Of a stretch of 32,000 bases of DNA, positions 8,297 to 17,215 are shown piece after piece. Numbering within the stretch: the stretch's first letter is position 1; each line of letters opens with the position of its first letter. The DNA is from Pyrobaculum aerophilum str. IM2. GTDB lineage: Archaea > Thermoproteota > Thermoprotei > Thermoproteales > Thermoproteaceae. The notes under the pieces were generated by a model. It was given only the letters and a program-made list of their open reading frames with translations, ran no database searches and was not told the DNA's origin. The stretch is taken from NCBI RefSeq assembly GCF_000007225.1, contig NC_003364.1, positions 750,001-782,000 on the forward strand, given 5' to 3'. Position numbers and translations under genes: made by a program.

Positions 8297-10738
8297 GTGA
8301 TTGAGATAAACCCGCTTGTGGTGAAAAACTACGGTGACTTATTAGGCGTTAAGACTGTAAATAACCGACAGGTCTCCGTTGAGGGGCTAATAGAGGAGTT
8401 AGTGAGGGAGTTTCGGGATGAAATTAATCGCGTTATTAGGGCGAGGAGGGAGTGGCTAAACGACAAGAGGCCGGTTAGAGTTAAAGGGGCGTTTCCCCAC
8501 TGGGAGGAGAAATTCGTCGACGCGGACGGCAACGTGAGAACTTTTAGGGAAATAGTCCAGGGGCTAATTGACAACCTCCTCGACCGGGACAGCCCCTTGA
8601 GGTGGGGTCTAAACTGGAACACGCCAGTGCCAGACGACCTCCATCCGTTGAAAAACCCAGGCCTTGAAATCACAGGGCCCTGGTATCCAATGAGCAGGGC
8701 AATTCATCAAATCAACGCTGACGTGGCGTCAATGATGGAGGACGAGGAAGACGCCTCTCCTGCCTGGTATATCCCACGCGGCTCTGGCAGAGCCGTGGCG
8801 GCGGTGTGGGAGGCCCGGCGCGTGGTCAACAGAGTGCTTAGGGGGGAGGTCCCCCAGCCTTATTACGAAGGGGGGAAGGAGTATAGAATTAAAAAGCCGA
8901 GGGACAAGTGGCCCACGCTTATACACCGAGTCCCCGGGCTCCACATACTTGACTTCGATATTAGAGTTGACGGCAAGCCGGCCCCCGCCATAATAACCTC
9001 TATTGTGATATACACTGTAAATAACTACGACCTCCTCAAGAGGGCGGGCTCTGGCGTTTACTTCTACATCCCCAAGGTGCAGACTCCGGACGAGGCCCTG
9101 GTAATTGAAAAAATACTTAGAAGAGTAGAGGACAGGCTGGGGCTTAAGAGAGGGGAGCTTAAAATTGCAATGCTTTACGAAGAGGCCAGGGCCGGCCTCT
9201 ACCTGCCCGTTATCTTCTGGATATGGAGGGAGAGGCTAGTCAAGAGCAACAACGGCCGTTGGGACTACTTAGGCTCGTTAATTGAAATGTGGAAAGACGA
9301 GGCCGTGTACCCAGATCCGCAGAACATCACTATGACTCACCCCATAATGATGGCTTATCAAAAGTGGAACGCGCTTTTATGCCTCATGGCGGGCCTGGAC
9401 AGAGGGGGGAGGCTAAACGCCGCCCCAGTGGGGGGGATGGCCGCCGTTATGTTGTACAGACCCGACGACCCTTACCAGCGCAATCGCTTCAACGCTAGAG
9501 CCCTCAGAGCCATATGGCTGGATAAATTAAGAGAGAGGCTCATTGGGCTGATATTCCTCACAGAAGAGCCTGTGAGAAAAGTAACTCTTAACGACATCCT
9601 CAAGGGGAGGGTCAAGGGGAGGCTTTTCGACTTATTTAGACAAAGCTGGGTGGCAACGCCCGAGGAGTCTTACGTCAAGGCCGGAAACGAGCCGCTGAGG
9701 GCTAGCCTAGAGGAGTTGCAACAGTTAATTAACCGCCCTGTGAAATTCGTTGAAGTCGACGGCGTGAAAATACCCGCAGTGGACAGCGGGCTGACAGAAC
9801 AAGAGAGGCAGCTCTTTATTAAACTGGGGCTAATTGACGAGGACGGCAACATAACGCCGTGGGTAATAAGGCCGGACATGTTAGACACGCCGGAGAAATT
9901 ACTAAATAACCCAGAGCTTTGGGGCGGGAAGGACCTCTGGTCGGCGTTATTCGAGCCGCCTAAAGGCGACATAACGGCGGAGCACATACAACACGCTTTT
10001 TACATGGCGGCTAATTACGGCTTCCAGCTACTCAACGGCAACTTGGCCGCTGCAATAGACGACTACGAGCTGGGGCAGCGCTTTATGAACGACTTAGCCA
10101 CATACCGTATATTTTCCACATGGCTGTGGACTCTGCTGAGGCACAAGGCAGTTATAACTAAAGACGGCGCTTTCAAGGGGCCCGCGAGGACGTCGCTAGG
10201 CGTCATCCCGGCCGAGGACAGAGTGAAAATACCCGCCGGCACTCCCTTCACAGAGGAGCTTTTCGATAAGCTATGGGATCTCCACATGGAGTGGACGCTG
10301 GCCTTTTACGACGACTTAGACATAATTGCCGCCGAGAGGATTTTAACTAGGTTTACAGACAGAGTGAAAAGGGCCATCGCCGAGGCCTACAGGGCGGGCC
10401 CGTTTAGATACCAATCGCCCAGAGAGACTGCTAAGAAAATCGCGGAAGTTATTACTGAGGAGGAGTTGGAAAAGGCAGTGGTGGAGAACCAGCCCCGTTT
10501 TGACAGGTCCTTCGCGCCAGTCATCATGGAGATTCTAAAAACAAAGCTGAAGTCGCCAATGTATTTACAACACAGCGGCCGTCTCATTATGGCGTTGGCG
10601 CCTCTGCCAGACGAGGAGAGAGATCTCGCGTTAAAAGCCCTATTTACGCCGAGAGAAGAGGTGGAGAGGCTAGTCAGAGAGGGAAGGCTAAGGCCCCAAG
10701 TCCTAGAGTTATACGACTACATACACGACAATAGATAA
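8297..10738 (+). CDS. aceB: Malate synthase (long ~810-aa archaeal form)
   Basis: FYIPKVQTPDEA, GELKIAMLYEEARAG and NNGRWDYLGSLIE parallel the malate synthase A blocks FYLPKMESHLEA, GTIKATVLIETLPAA and NCGRWDYIFSFIK. The size agrees with the ~90-kDa Sulfolobus-type enzyme as I recall it. Confidence 0.85.
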   Translation: MIEINPLVVKNYGDLLGVKTVNNRQVSVEGLIEELVREFRDEINRVIRARREWLNDKRPVRVKGAFPHWEEKFVDADGNVRTFREIVQGLIDNLLDRDSPLRWGLNWNTPVPDDLHPLKNPGLEITGPWYPMSRAIHQINADVASMMEDEEDASPAWYIPRGSGRAVAAVWEARRVVNRVLRGEVPQPYYEGGKEYRIKKPRDKWPTLIHRVPGLHILDFDIRVDGKPAPAIITSIVIYTVNNYDLLKRAGSGVYFYIPKVQTPDEALVIEKILRRVEDRLGLKRGELKIAMLYEEARAGLYLPVIFWIWRERLVKSNNGRWDYLGSLIEMWKDEAVYPDPQNITMTHPIMMAYQKWNALLCLMAGLDRGGRLNAAPVGGMAAVMLYRPDDPYQRNRFNARALRAIWLDKLRERLIGLIFLTEEPVRKVTLNDILKGRVKGRLFDLFRQSWVATPEESYVKAGNEPLRASLEELQQLINRPVKFVEVDGVKIPAVDSGLTEQERQLFIKLGLIDEDGNITPWVIRPDMLDTPEKLLNNPELWGGKDLWSALFEPPKGDITAEHIQHAFYMAANYGFQLLNGNLAAAIDDYELGQRFMNDLATYRIFSTWLWTLLRHKAVITKDGAFKGPARTSLGVIPAEDRVKIPAGTPFTEELFDKLWDLHMEWTLAFYDDLDIIAAERILTRFTDRVKRAIAEAYRAGPFRYQSPRETAKKIAEVITEEELEKAVVENQPRFDRSFAPVIMEILKTKLKSPMYLQHSGRLIMALAPLPDEERDLALKALFTPREEVERLVREGRLRPQVLELYDYIHDNR

Positions 10739-10767
10739 TTTTTTTAAATAAATTCATTTTTTACATA

Positions 10768-11697
10768 ATGGAACCTTCACTTAACTGGCTTTTTAAACTC
10801 CGCGACTTAATTGTCTCCTCTCTCCAAGAGAGGAAGTTGCCCTTGCCGGTGGACCGAGAGCTGTGTAATAAATGGCAAGAGGGCCTTCCCAGCAGAGGCG
10901 TAAAGAGGGTTTTCTACACTTCCTGTATGTACCAGCTGGCCCCCGCGATATACAAGGCGGTTGAGAGCTTGGAGAAATTCGGAGTGGCAAAAGGCGGCGT
11001 TACGGCCCGCCTAGCCGCCGTGGGGGCTAAACTCCTCGGCGGTGTAGTGCTGAGGCCTGAGCGAGAGGATTTAGAGCGGTCTTACACAATCGTGAGAAGT
11101 ATTTACACAGCGTTGTTAAACAGCGGCGTGGAGATCGGCTATCTTCCCGACGAGCCGTATTCAGGGGCTTTGCTGTATGAACTGGGGTTTATAGACGATT
11201 TTGCTAAATACGCCTCGGAGGTCTACGCGTATTTTAAAGAAAAAGGGGTAAGAGAGGTGGTGACAATAGACCCCCACACGCACTACATCCTGGAGAAAAT
11301 ATACCCGCAGTACGTGCCCAATTTCGATTTAAAAGTCACTAGCTATTTAGATTTAATAGACCCGTCCAGGGTGAGGGTAAAAATAAGCGGCTTTACAATA
11401 CACGACTCCTGTCTCTACGCCAGGTATTTGGGGAAATACGGGAAGATCCGAGAGTTGTTGTCAAAGGGCAGTCCCGCGGAGGATCCCTATATTACGGGCG
11501 TTGAAACCGCTGGGTGTTGCGGCGGGCCTGTTGAGTCCATCCTCCCGGAGCTTGCGAAAAAAATAGCGCTGGGGAGGGCTAAAAAACTGGCGTCACTATC
11601 GCGAGTAGTCGTAGCGACGTGCCCCATATGTATGGTTAACCTCTCAAGGACCGGCGTAGTAGAGGTTAAGCACTTGGCCGAGGCGGTTGAGCTATGA
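10768..11697 (+). CDS. lutA: CCG-domain Fe-S oxidoreductase subunit, LutA-like (paralogue of 3489..4403)
   Basis: Same motif set as 3489..4403 (YTSCMY, HDSCLYARYLGKYGKIRELL, TAGCCGGP, CPICMVNL). Its stop overlaps the ATG of the LutB-like gene (ATGA at 11694-11697). Confidence 0.85.
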   Translation: MEPSLNWLFKLRDLIVSSLQERKLPLPVDRELCNKWQEGLPSRGVKRVFYTSCMYQLAPAIYKAVESLEKFGVAKGGVTARLAAVGAKLLGGVVLRPEREDLERSYTIVRSIYTALLNSGVEIGYLPDEPYSGALLYELGFIDDFAKYASEVYAYFKEKGVREVVTIDPHTHYILEKIYPQYVPNFDLKVTSYLDLIDPSRVRVKISGFTIHDSCLYARYLGKYGKIRELLSKGSPAEDPYITGVETAGCCGGPVESILPELAKKIALGRAKKLASLSRVVVATCPICMVNLSRTGVVEVKHLAEAVEL

Positions 11698-12833
11698 GCT
11701 GGGAGGAGGCTATTGAGAGGGCGAGGGGGTCAATTGTCCCTAGGACATACGACGTGTTGGCAAGGTATCCCCATTTACAAGAGATTAGAAGACAGTTGAG
11801 AAGCGTAAAGGAAGAGGTGGTTAAAAACTTGGATTACTACATCGAAGAGACTAGAAAGGCTGTGGAGAGAATCGGCGGGCGTTTTTACCTGGCTGATAGC
11901 GGAAAAGACGCCGTTGAAATAGCGGCGAAAATAGTGGGGAGGGGGAAGACAGTCGTGATGAGTAAAAACAACGTCGCTGAGGAGACGGGGCTTCGCAAGA
12001 GGCTGGAGGAGGAGGGGAATGAGGTGTGGGAAACAGATCTGGGGGCGTTTCTAGTACAAATTACGGGAGAAGAGCCGTCTCACATACTGGCTCCAGCAGT
12101 CCACTTAACAAAGGAGAGAGTTGCCCAAGTTCTGCGGGAAAAGTTTGGAGTTGTCGTGGCTCCCAATGCGGTAGAAATCGCCGCGCGAGTTAGGGAGTTT
12201 CTCCGCGAGAAGTTCATGAAAGCAGAAGTCGGCATTACTGGGGCTAACGCCATAGCCGCGGACACAGGGGCCGTTGTCCTTGTGGAAAACGAGGGGAATA
12301 TTAGGATGACCACAGTCATCCCGCCGGTGCATGTCGTATACGACGGCGTTGAGAAAATCGTGCCCACGCTTATCCACGCCCAGCTAGTTGCCGACTTGCA
12401 GTCAGCATATGCCGGCTTATACCCGCCGACGTATATGAACATATCGGCGGGCCCGAGCTCCACCGCCGATATTGAAATGACCAGAGTCTCCCCGGCGCAG
12501 GGGCCGAGGGAATACCACATGATTTTAGTAGACAACGGGAGGAGGAACGCCGCCCGCGACCCAGTCCTCTGGGAGGCGTTGTTGTGCATACGATGCGGCA
12601 GGTGTCACTTACACTGCCCAGTGTATTTGGCAGTGGGCAAAGAGTTTGGAAAGCCGCCGTACACCGGGCCCATGGGCGTTATGTGGACAGCCATAACCAG
12701 GGGGGTTGAGGAAGCCGGCAGACACGCCCTAAAATGCGTACACGCGGGAAGTTGCAAATCTGTATGTCCAATGAATATCGATATACCTAGAATAATACAT
12801 GAAATAAGAGCTCGTTTTCTTAGAAAGAAATAA
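11694..12833 (+). CDS. lutB: LutB-like iron-sulfur protein (LUD/DUF162 domain + 4Fe-4S dicluster)
   Basis: LUD-type core (GITGANAIAADTGAVVLVENEGN) followed by CIRCGRCHLHCP and CVHAGSCKSVCP. Translationally coupled to the upstream LutA-like gene. Confidence 0.85.
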   Translation: MSWEEAIERARGSIVPRTYDVLARYPHLQEIRRQLRSVKEEVVKNLDYYIEETRKAVERIGGRFYLADSGKDAVEIAAKIVGRGKTVVMSKNNVAEETGLRKRLEEEGNEVWETDLGAFLVQITGEEPSHILAPAVHLTKERVAQVLREKFGVVVAPNAVEIAARVREFLREKFMKAEVGITGANAIAADTGAVVLVENEGNIRMTTVIPPVHVVYDGVEKIVPTLIHAQLVADLQSAYAGLYPPTYMNISAGPSSTADIEMTRVSPAQGPREYHMILVDNGRRNAARDPVLWEALLCIRCGRCHLHCPVYLAVGKEFGKPPYTGPMGVMWTAITRGVEEAGRHALKCVHAGSCKSVCPMNIDIPRIIHEIRARFLRKK

Positions 12834-12836
12834 TTT

Positions 12837-13796
12837 TTATATCCAATAGAAGTTATATAGGTAGAACAAGTAGGCTAGAAAACCTACAGGTGCAGATAGT
12901 CCGAAATAGCGGAATTTCATAATAAAGGCTATCTCTATAATTGATACAATAATTGACAATATAATTGCAAGCAAAGCCGAGATTTCTAATGAATAAATTC
13001 CCGCTGTTAGCGCAATTCCAGGAAATATAGTGTCATACAAAGCCTTTTCGCCAATTACCGCACTGACTCCTTCACTATCTCTTCCCTTAAATAAAAAAAT
13101 AAGACCGACTACTGACTCCGGCACAACTGTTGCGATTGGAACTATAATAACCGTTAAAGCGGTTTTGTCAACGCTTAACATACTTCTCAACTCCACTATG
13201 CCATTGACCAACAATTCGGCCCCGAAGGCTAAACATATAACTGAGATAAATGGCTGTAAAATGGGGTTTTTTAACAGAAGCTTGTACAACGGCGCTTCAA
13301 TTTTTTCTTTTTTTAACATATATCTAGTATAAAATATGTATATTATTATTAATACTACTTCATAAATTCTACCAAATATCTCGTATTTTTCAGGATGAAG
13401 AAAAATAATAGGAAGGAGCGGGAGGGTAAAAACAATCAGTGGAACAGCTACGTTACGATTAACCCGTGGTAATATATGCGTCCTCTTACCAGCGACCCAT
13501 CCTGCAATTGATGATATAATAATTAGAGGGTAAAAAAACCGTAGCGGCCATAAATGGCTGAGCAACAATAGATCCCCAAGCGACTTCAAACTGCTGTTGG
13601 AAAAGTGCCAAAATAAATACGGCGAGTTCCGGCGCCGAGGTTAATAAGGGGGCGTAAATAGCTGCTACTCTAGCAGTTGTCTTCTGATAACGCCAAGAAA
13701 TGTAATAACGAGCTGTTCTATAAGAGTGCCAAAGACGATGGTTAAAATAATACCTACAATAATGCTAAAAGGCCCGATTGGTATTGGTAGGCTCAT
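12837..13796 (-). pseudogene. CaCA-family (Na+/Ca2+ exchanger-like) membrane protein gene interrupted by two frameshifts
   Basis: ATG 13796 opens a TM segment that ends at TAG 13665-13667. A second frame carries the alpha-1 signature LLTSAPELAVFILA...GSIVAQP. The original frame resumes at an A7/T7 run (13532-13538) as the 250-aa ORF, which carries the alpha-2 signature GAELLV...IATVVPES. The three pieces together make 320 codons. Confidence 0.7.
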
Positions 13797-13996
13797 AAAA
13801 GGCCGAAAAACAGTATGATATAAATTTTTTAATGTATTAACATATATTGAATTATTAATAATAACTTATGAAGATTTTTCTGTAACTTAATTTTAATAAT
13901 TTTGAAAAAATTTAAAAGGAAACTTAAAATTAAAAAATAAGATAAAAAAATTATAACTACCTGTAATATTTAAAAAGGAATTAAATATAATAGGGT

Positions 13997-15454
13997 ATGG
14001 GAGAAAAACAACAGCAACTAGGTAAATTGCCTATAGAGATTGAGGACAAAATTCCGACACCTGAAGAGGTATTTAAAATAAAAAAAATAGGAATAAAAGA
14101 GAGGCTAGCGGTTCTCTACGGATCTGCTTTAATTGCGCTAGGTGTAAGCGTTGGAAGCGGCGAGTTTCTCCTAGGCCCCGCCCAGTCAATAAGATACGGT
14201 CTAATTCTAGCATGGCTTGTACCAATAGGCGCTTTTTTACAAGCTATATACATATACAGTTGGGCCAAGCTTACTATCGCGACTGGCGAGACTCCCATTA
14301 CTTTAATGTTTAGAATTGCCGCTTGGGCAGGGTGGCTTGGCGCTCTGGGAGTTTTAGTGGGAAATATATGGGGTGGATGGGCGTATAACTCCGCTGTTGC
14401 ACTGGCAGGGGGGGTATTGAAAAAAGTGCCAGGGCCGGAAGATGTAGCAGTAGTGGGAATTGCTGGCGCATCGCTTCTCATATTAACATTTGTAATTTTG
14501 TCTTTAGGTAGGCGTATAGCTAGGACTCTTGAAATATTTAATTGGATCGACCTTGGTTTTATTTTTATTTCATTTATTGTTTTAGCAATAATTCTTATTC
14601 CAGCGAATATATGGGGTGAATTAGCCAGTGGACTAGTCTCTTTTAGGATTCCTTCGGACATTGATCCTGTGCTATTAGCTGCGTGGTGGGGTTATACCGG
14701 ATTGGCCACAGGGCTAAACTACTACGCAGTGGCCTGGTTTAAAGACAAGGGATTCGGAATGTCTGCGCTAACCGGCTATATCCCCGCGCTAATAGGCGGC
14801 AAGAGAATTGAAGTATCCGCGTGGGGCAAAATTTTCAAGCTAACGCCTGAAAATCTCAAGGTTTATAGGCGTTGGTCTCATCTTGCACTTGAGGAAATAC
14901 TTGTTATATTTTTCATCGGAGCTATAATAGGCATGCTACTACCCATGACATTGGCTTATGCTATTGCAAAAGGTTTCGGGTTGACTCTTACATGGAATAT
15001 ACCCATGTGGCTTGCCTTAGCGTTAGAAAATATCTGGGGACCAGTAGCCTTTTGGTGGGGGATTTTTGTCGCTGTATTCGTGTTATTTAAGACTCAATTG
15101 GGCATTGTTGACGCAGTGGTACGTAATATATCAGATGCCGCGTGGAAATTTGAAAACATAAGAAGATTCTTCAGAAACGATATTAGATATTTATATTATC
15201 TAATCGCCGTTATATATCTGGCATGGGCTTCATTGGCATTTGTAGCTACAGCCCCTGGCGTTTTAATACTTATTTCAGCAAATATGGCCAACGCAGCCGC
15301 CATCTGGGGAATTCCCTTTTTAATATATCTCAATTACAAAATGCCTAAGGAGCTAAGACTACACTGGTCGTTAGTGCTACTAAATATAGTATTTATGGCC
15401 ATGTGTCTCTATTTTATGTCGTTATCTATAGGAAGAGTGTTAGGATTAATTTAA
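13997..15454 (+). CDS. Polytopic membrane transporter, NRAMP-related (APC/LeuT-fold-like), substrate unknown
   Basis: 485 aa with about 11-12 hydrophobic segments. GVSVGSGEFLLGP in the first TM region resembles the NRAMP-like archaeal proteins, but it lacks the canonical DPGN/MPH metal motifs. ATG follows a tttaaaaagg TATA-like box by about 20-25 nt. Confidence 0.55.
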   Translation: MGEKQQQLGKLPIEIEDKIPTPEEVFKIKKIGIKERLAVLYGSALIALGVSVGSGEFLLGPAQSIRYGLILAWLVPIGAFLQAIYIYSWAKLTIATGETPITLMFRIAAWAGWLGALGVLVGNIWGGWAYNSAVALAGGVLKKVPGPEDVAVVGIAGASLLILTFVILSLGRRIARTLEIFNWIDLGFIFISFIVLAIILIPANIWGELASGLVSFRIPSDIDPVLLAAWWGYTGLATGLNYYAVAWFKDKGFGMSALTGYIPALIGGKRIEVSAWGKIFKLTPENLKVYRRWSHLALEEILVIFFIGAIIGMLLPMTLAYAIAKGFGLTLTWNIPMWLALALENIWGPVAFWWGIFVAVFVLFKTQLGIVDAVVRNISDAAWKFENIRRFFRNDIRYLYYLIAVIYLAWASLAFVATAPGVLILISANMANAAAIWGIPFLIYLNYKMPKELRLHWSLVLLNIVFMAMCLYFMSLSIGRVLGLI

Positions 15455-15455
15455 T

Positions 15456-16226
15456 TTACTTTTTCCAACGGGAGCCCAACAAGTTTTTTATCACGTCGAG
15501 TAGCAAATACGCCACGTCTTCCGGCGGCCTTCCGAGTTTTGCGGCCAGCTCCCTCACGGCCTCTTCTGTAATTCGATAGGCCTTTCTCCTCTCCTCCACT
15601 GCTTGTTGCATACCCCTCCCGTACTCCACCTCGACTATTTGGCCCACGGTGGCAAAACGCCTCTTTACAGGCCCCGGCCTCCTGGTCCTCCCCACGTATA
15701 AAATCGGCTCGTACTTCTCAAGGCTCCAGCCGCCGTCGGTGAAGTCGTCAATTACATAGGCTGCCTCTACTCTCCCAATAAAAATATCGTGGTCTCCTCC
15801 CACGTCTAAGACCGTTTTTAATGAACATTCAATAACCGCAGAGGCCCCCTCAATTGCCGCGCTTGGAATTCTCCTAGCCGGGGCGAACTTCACGCTGGCT
15901 TTTTCAAATTTGTCTGGGGCAAATCTAGCAGAGACATCGCCGAGTAGCGCCAAAGCCTCTGTTTTTGAAAAGTCGAGGTAATTCACAGTGAAATAGCCGC
16001 TTTCTCTGACAATGCGGTAAGTCCGCCTCTCGGGGGCAAGCGCCGTGAGTAACAACGGCGGATTTACAGAAACAGCCGTAGTCCACACGGCGGGCATGGC
16101 GCCTATCTCCTCGCCGTTTTTAGCAACTATAATGGGGACGGCGGCCGGGTAAATTATATAGTGGAAAAGCTCGGGGTTTACCTCTTTTACTTCAGCCTTA
16201 TGCGTGTGACTATTCCTCGTGTCCAT
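15456..16226 (-). CDS. Flavin reductase-like (FMN-binding split-barrel) protein with ~70-aa C-terminal helical extension
   Basis: PAAVPIIVAKNGEEIGAMPAVWTTAVSVNPPLLLTALAP...SGYFTVNYL matches the flavin reductase-like domain pattern. I prefer ATG 16226 (MDTRNS...) over the track start 16268, which overlaps the upstream ATPase gene. An attaaata box lies about 25 nt upstream of 16226. Confidence 0.8.
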   Translation of the reverse strand: MDTRNSHTHKAEVKEVNPELFHYIIYPAAVPIIVAKNGEEIGAMPAVWTTAVSVNPPLLLTALAPERRTYRIVRESGYFTVNYLDFSKTEALALLGDVSARFAPDKFEKASVKFAPARRIPSAAIEGASAVIECSLKTVLDVGGDHDIFIGRVEAAYVIDDFTDGGWSLEKYEPILYVGRTRRPGPVKRRFATVGQIVEVEYGRGMQQAVEERRKAYRITEEAVRELAAKLGRPPEDVAYLLLDVIKNLLGSRWKK

Positions 16227-16252
16227 ATTATATTTGTGTAACGTATTTAATA

Positions 16253-17215
16253 TCAGTAGAGGTGGCAAGCCACATATCTCCCGTTTTTAACCTCTTTTAG
16301 TTGCGGCTCTTCCTTATCGCATTTGCCCTTTATAAAGTAGGGACAGCGGGGGTAAAACCTACAGCCAGGAGGCGGGTTGATGGGGCTCGGTGGCTCGCCT
16401 TGGAGTAATAATGTCTTTCTCCCCCTGGCCGCTCGGGGATCGGGCACAGGTAGCGCCGAAATTAACGCTTGTGTGTATGGGTGGAGGGGTTCTTTAATAA
16501 CCGCGTCGGCCGGTCCCAGCTCTACTATTTTTCCCATATACATTACGGCTATTCTATCGCTCATATATCTCACAGCTCCTATGTCGTGGCTTATAAAGAG
16601 ATAAGTCAAGCCCAGTCTCTTTTGTAAATCTTTAAGCATGTTTAAAATCTGGGCCTGCACTGAGACGTCAAGCGCCGAGGTGGGCTCGTCTAGGACTAAA
16701 AACTTAGGCTCAAGTATCAAGGCTCTTAAAATTGCTATCCTCTGCCTCTGCCCCCCGCTGAATTCGTGCGGATATCTGTGCAGTTGCCCCCGCTCTAGCC
16801 CCACTAATTCAAGCATCTTGGCGATGTACTCCTCTGGATCTGATATGGGGAGTTTATGCACTTTTATAACTTCGAGAAGCGTTTGATAAACAGTAAGGCG
16901 CGGATTTAGGGACATATAGGGGTCTTGGAAAATAATTTGGGCCTTTCTTCTAAACTCCCTCAGCTTCTCCCCAGAGAGCCTTGTGATATCCACTCCGTCG
17001 AAAACTATCCTGCCAGAAGTGGGCTCTATAAGCTTGAGAATTAGGCGGCCCAGCGTAGTCTTCCCGCTACCAGTCTCGCCGACTAGGCCGAGAGTCTCGC
17101 CCTCGTAGATTTCCAAATCCACGTTGTCCACCGCCTTGACGTAACCCCTTGGCCTCAAGAGGCCGCCCACTGGGAAGTATTTACTAAGCCTCTCGGTTTT
17201 TACAAGCGCCTTCAT
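16253..17215 (-). CDS. ABC transporter ATP-binding protein, Opp/Dpp class (OppF/DppF-like)
   Basis: Walker [10 protein letters not shown], signature FSGGQRQR and Walker [13 protein letters not shown]-terminal 4-Cys tail [18 protein letters not shown]...VACHLY. Start ATG 17215 ([10 protein letters not shown]) overlaps the TGA of the upstream ATPase, and the longer track ORF (to 17278) is an upstream extension. Confidence 0.9.
   Translation of the reverse strand: MKALVKTERLSKYFPVGGLLRPRGYVKAVDNVDLEIYEGETLGLVGETGSGKTTLGRLILKLIEPTSGRIVFDGVDITRLSGEKLREFRRKAQIIFQDPYMSLNPRLTVYQTLLEVIKVHKLPISDPEEYIAKMLELVGLERGQLHRYPHEFSGGQRQRIAILRALILEPKFLVLDEPTSALDVSVQAQILNMLKDLQKRLGLTYLFISHDIGAVRYMSDRIAVMYMGKIVELGPADAVIKEPLHPYTQALISALPVPDPRAARGRKTLLLQGEPPSPINPPPGCRFYPRCPYFIKGKCDKEEPQLKEVKNGRYVACHLY

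Noticed and set aside
12080-12589. 169-aa and 90-aa minus-strand ORFs antisense to the LutB-like gene.
   Set aside because: These are shadow ORFs inside a motif-rich plus-strand CDS, with no start context or family signature.
13797-13996. The AT-rich tract as a replication origin (DUE).
   Set aside because: I saw no inverted origin-recognition-box repeats and no orc1/cdc6 gene nearby. The tract is adequately explained as a divergent promoter spacer.
14116-14661. 181-aa minus-strand ORF antisense to the NRAMP-like transporter gene.
   Set aside because: It is contained entirely in the 485-aa membrane protein ORF, and its composition is atypical (Pro/Ala/Ser/Ile-rich with no TM or domain pattern).
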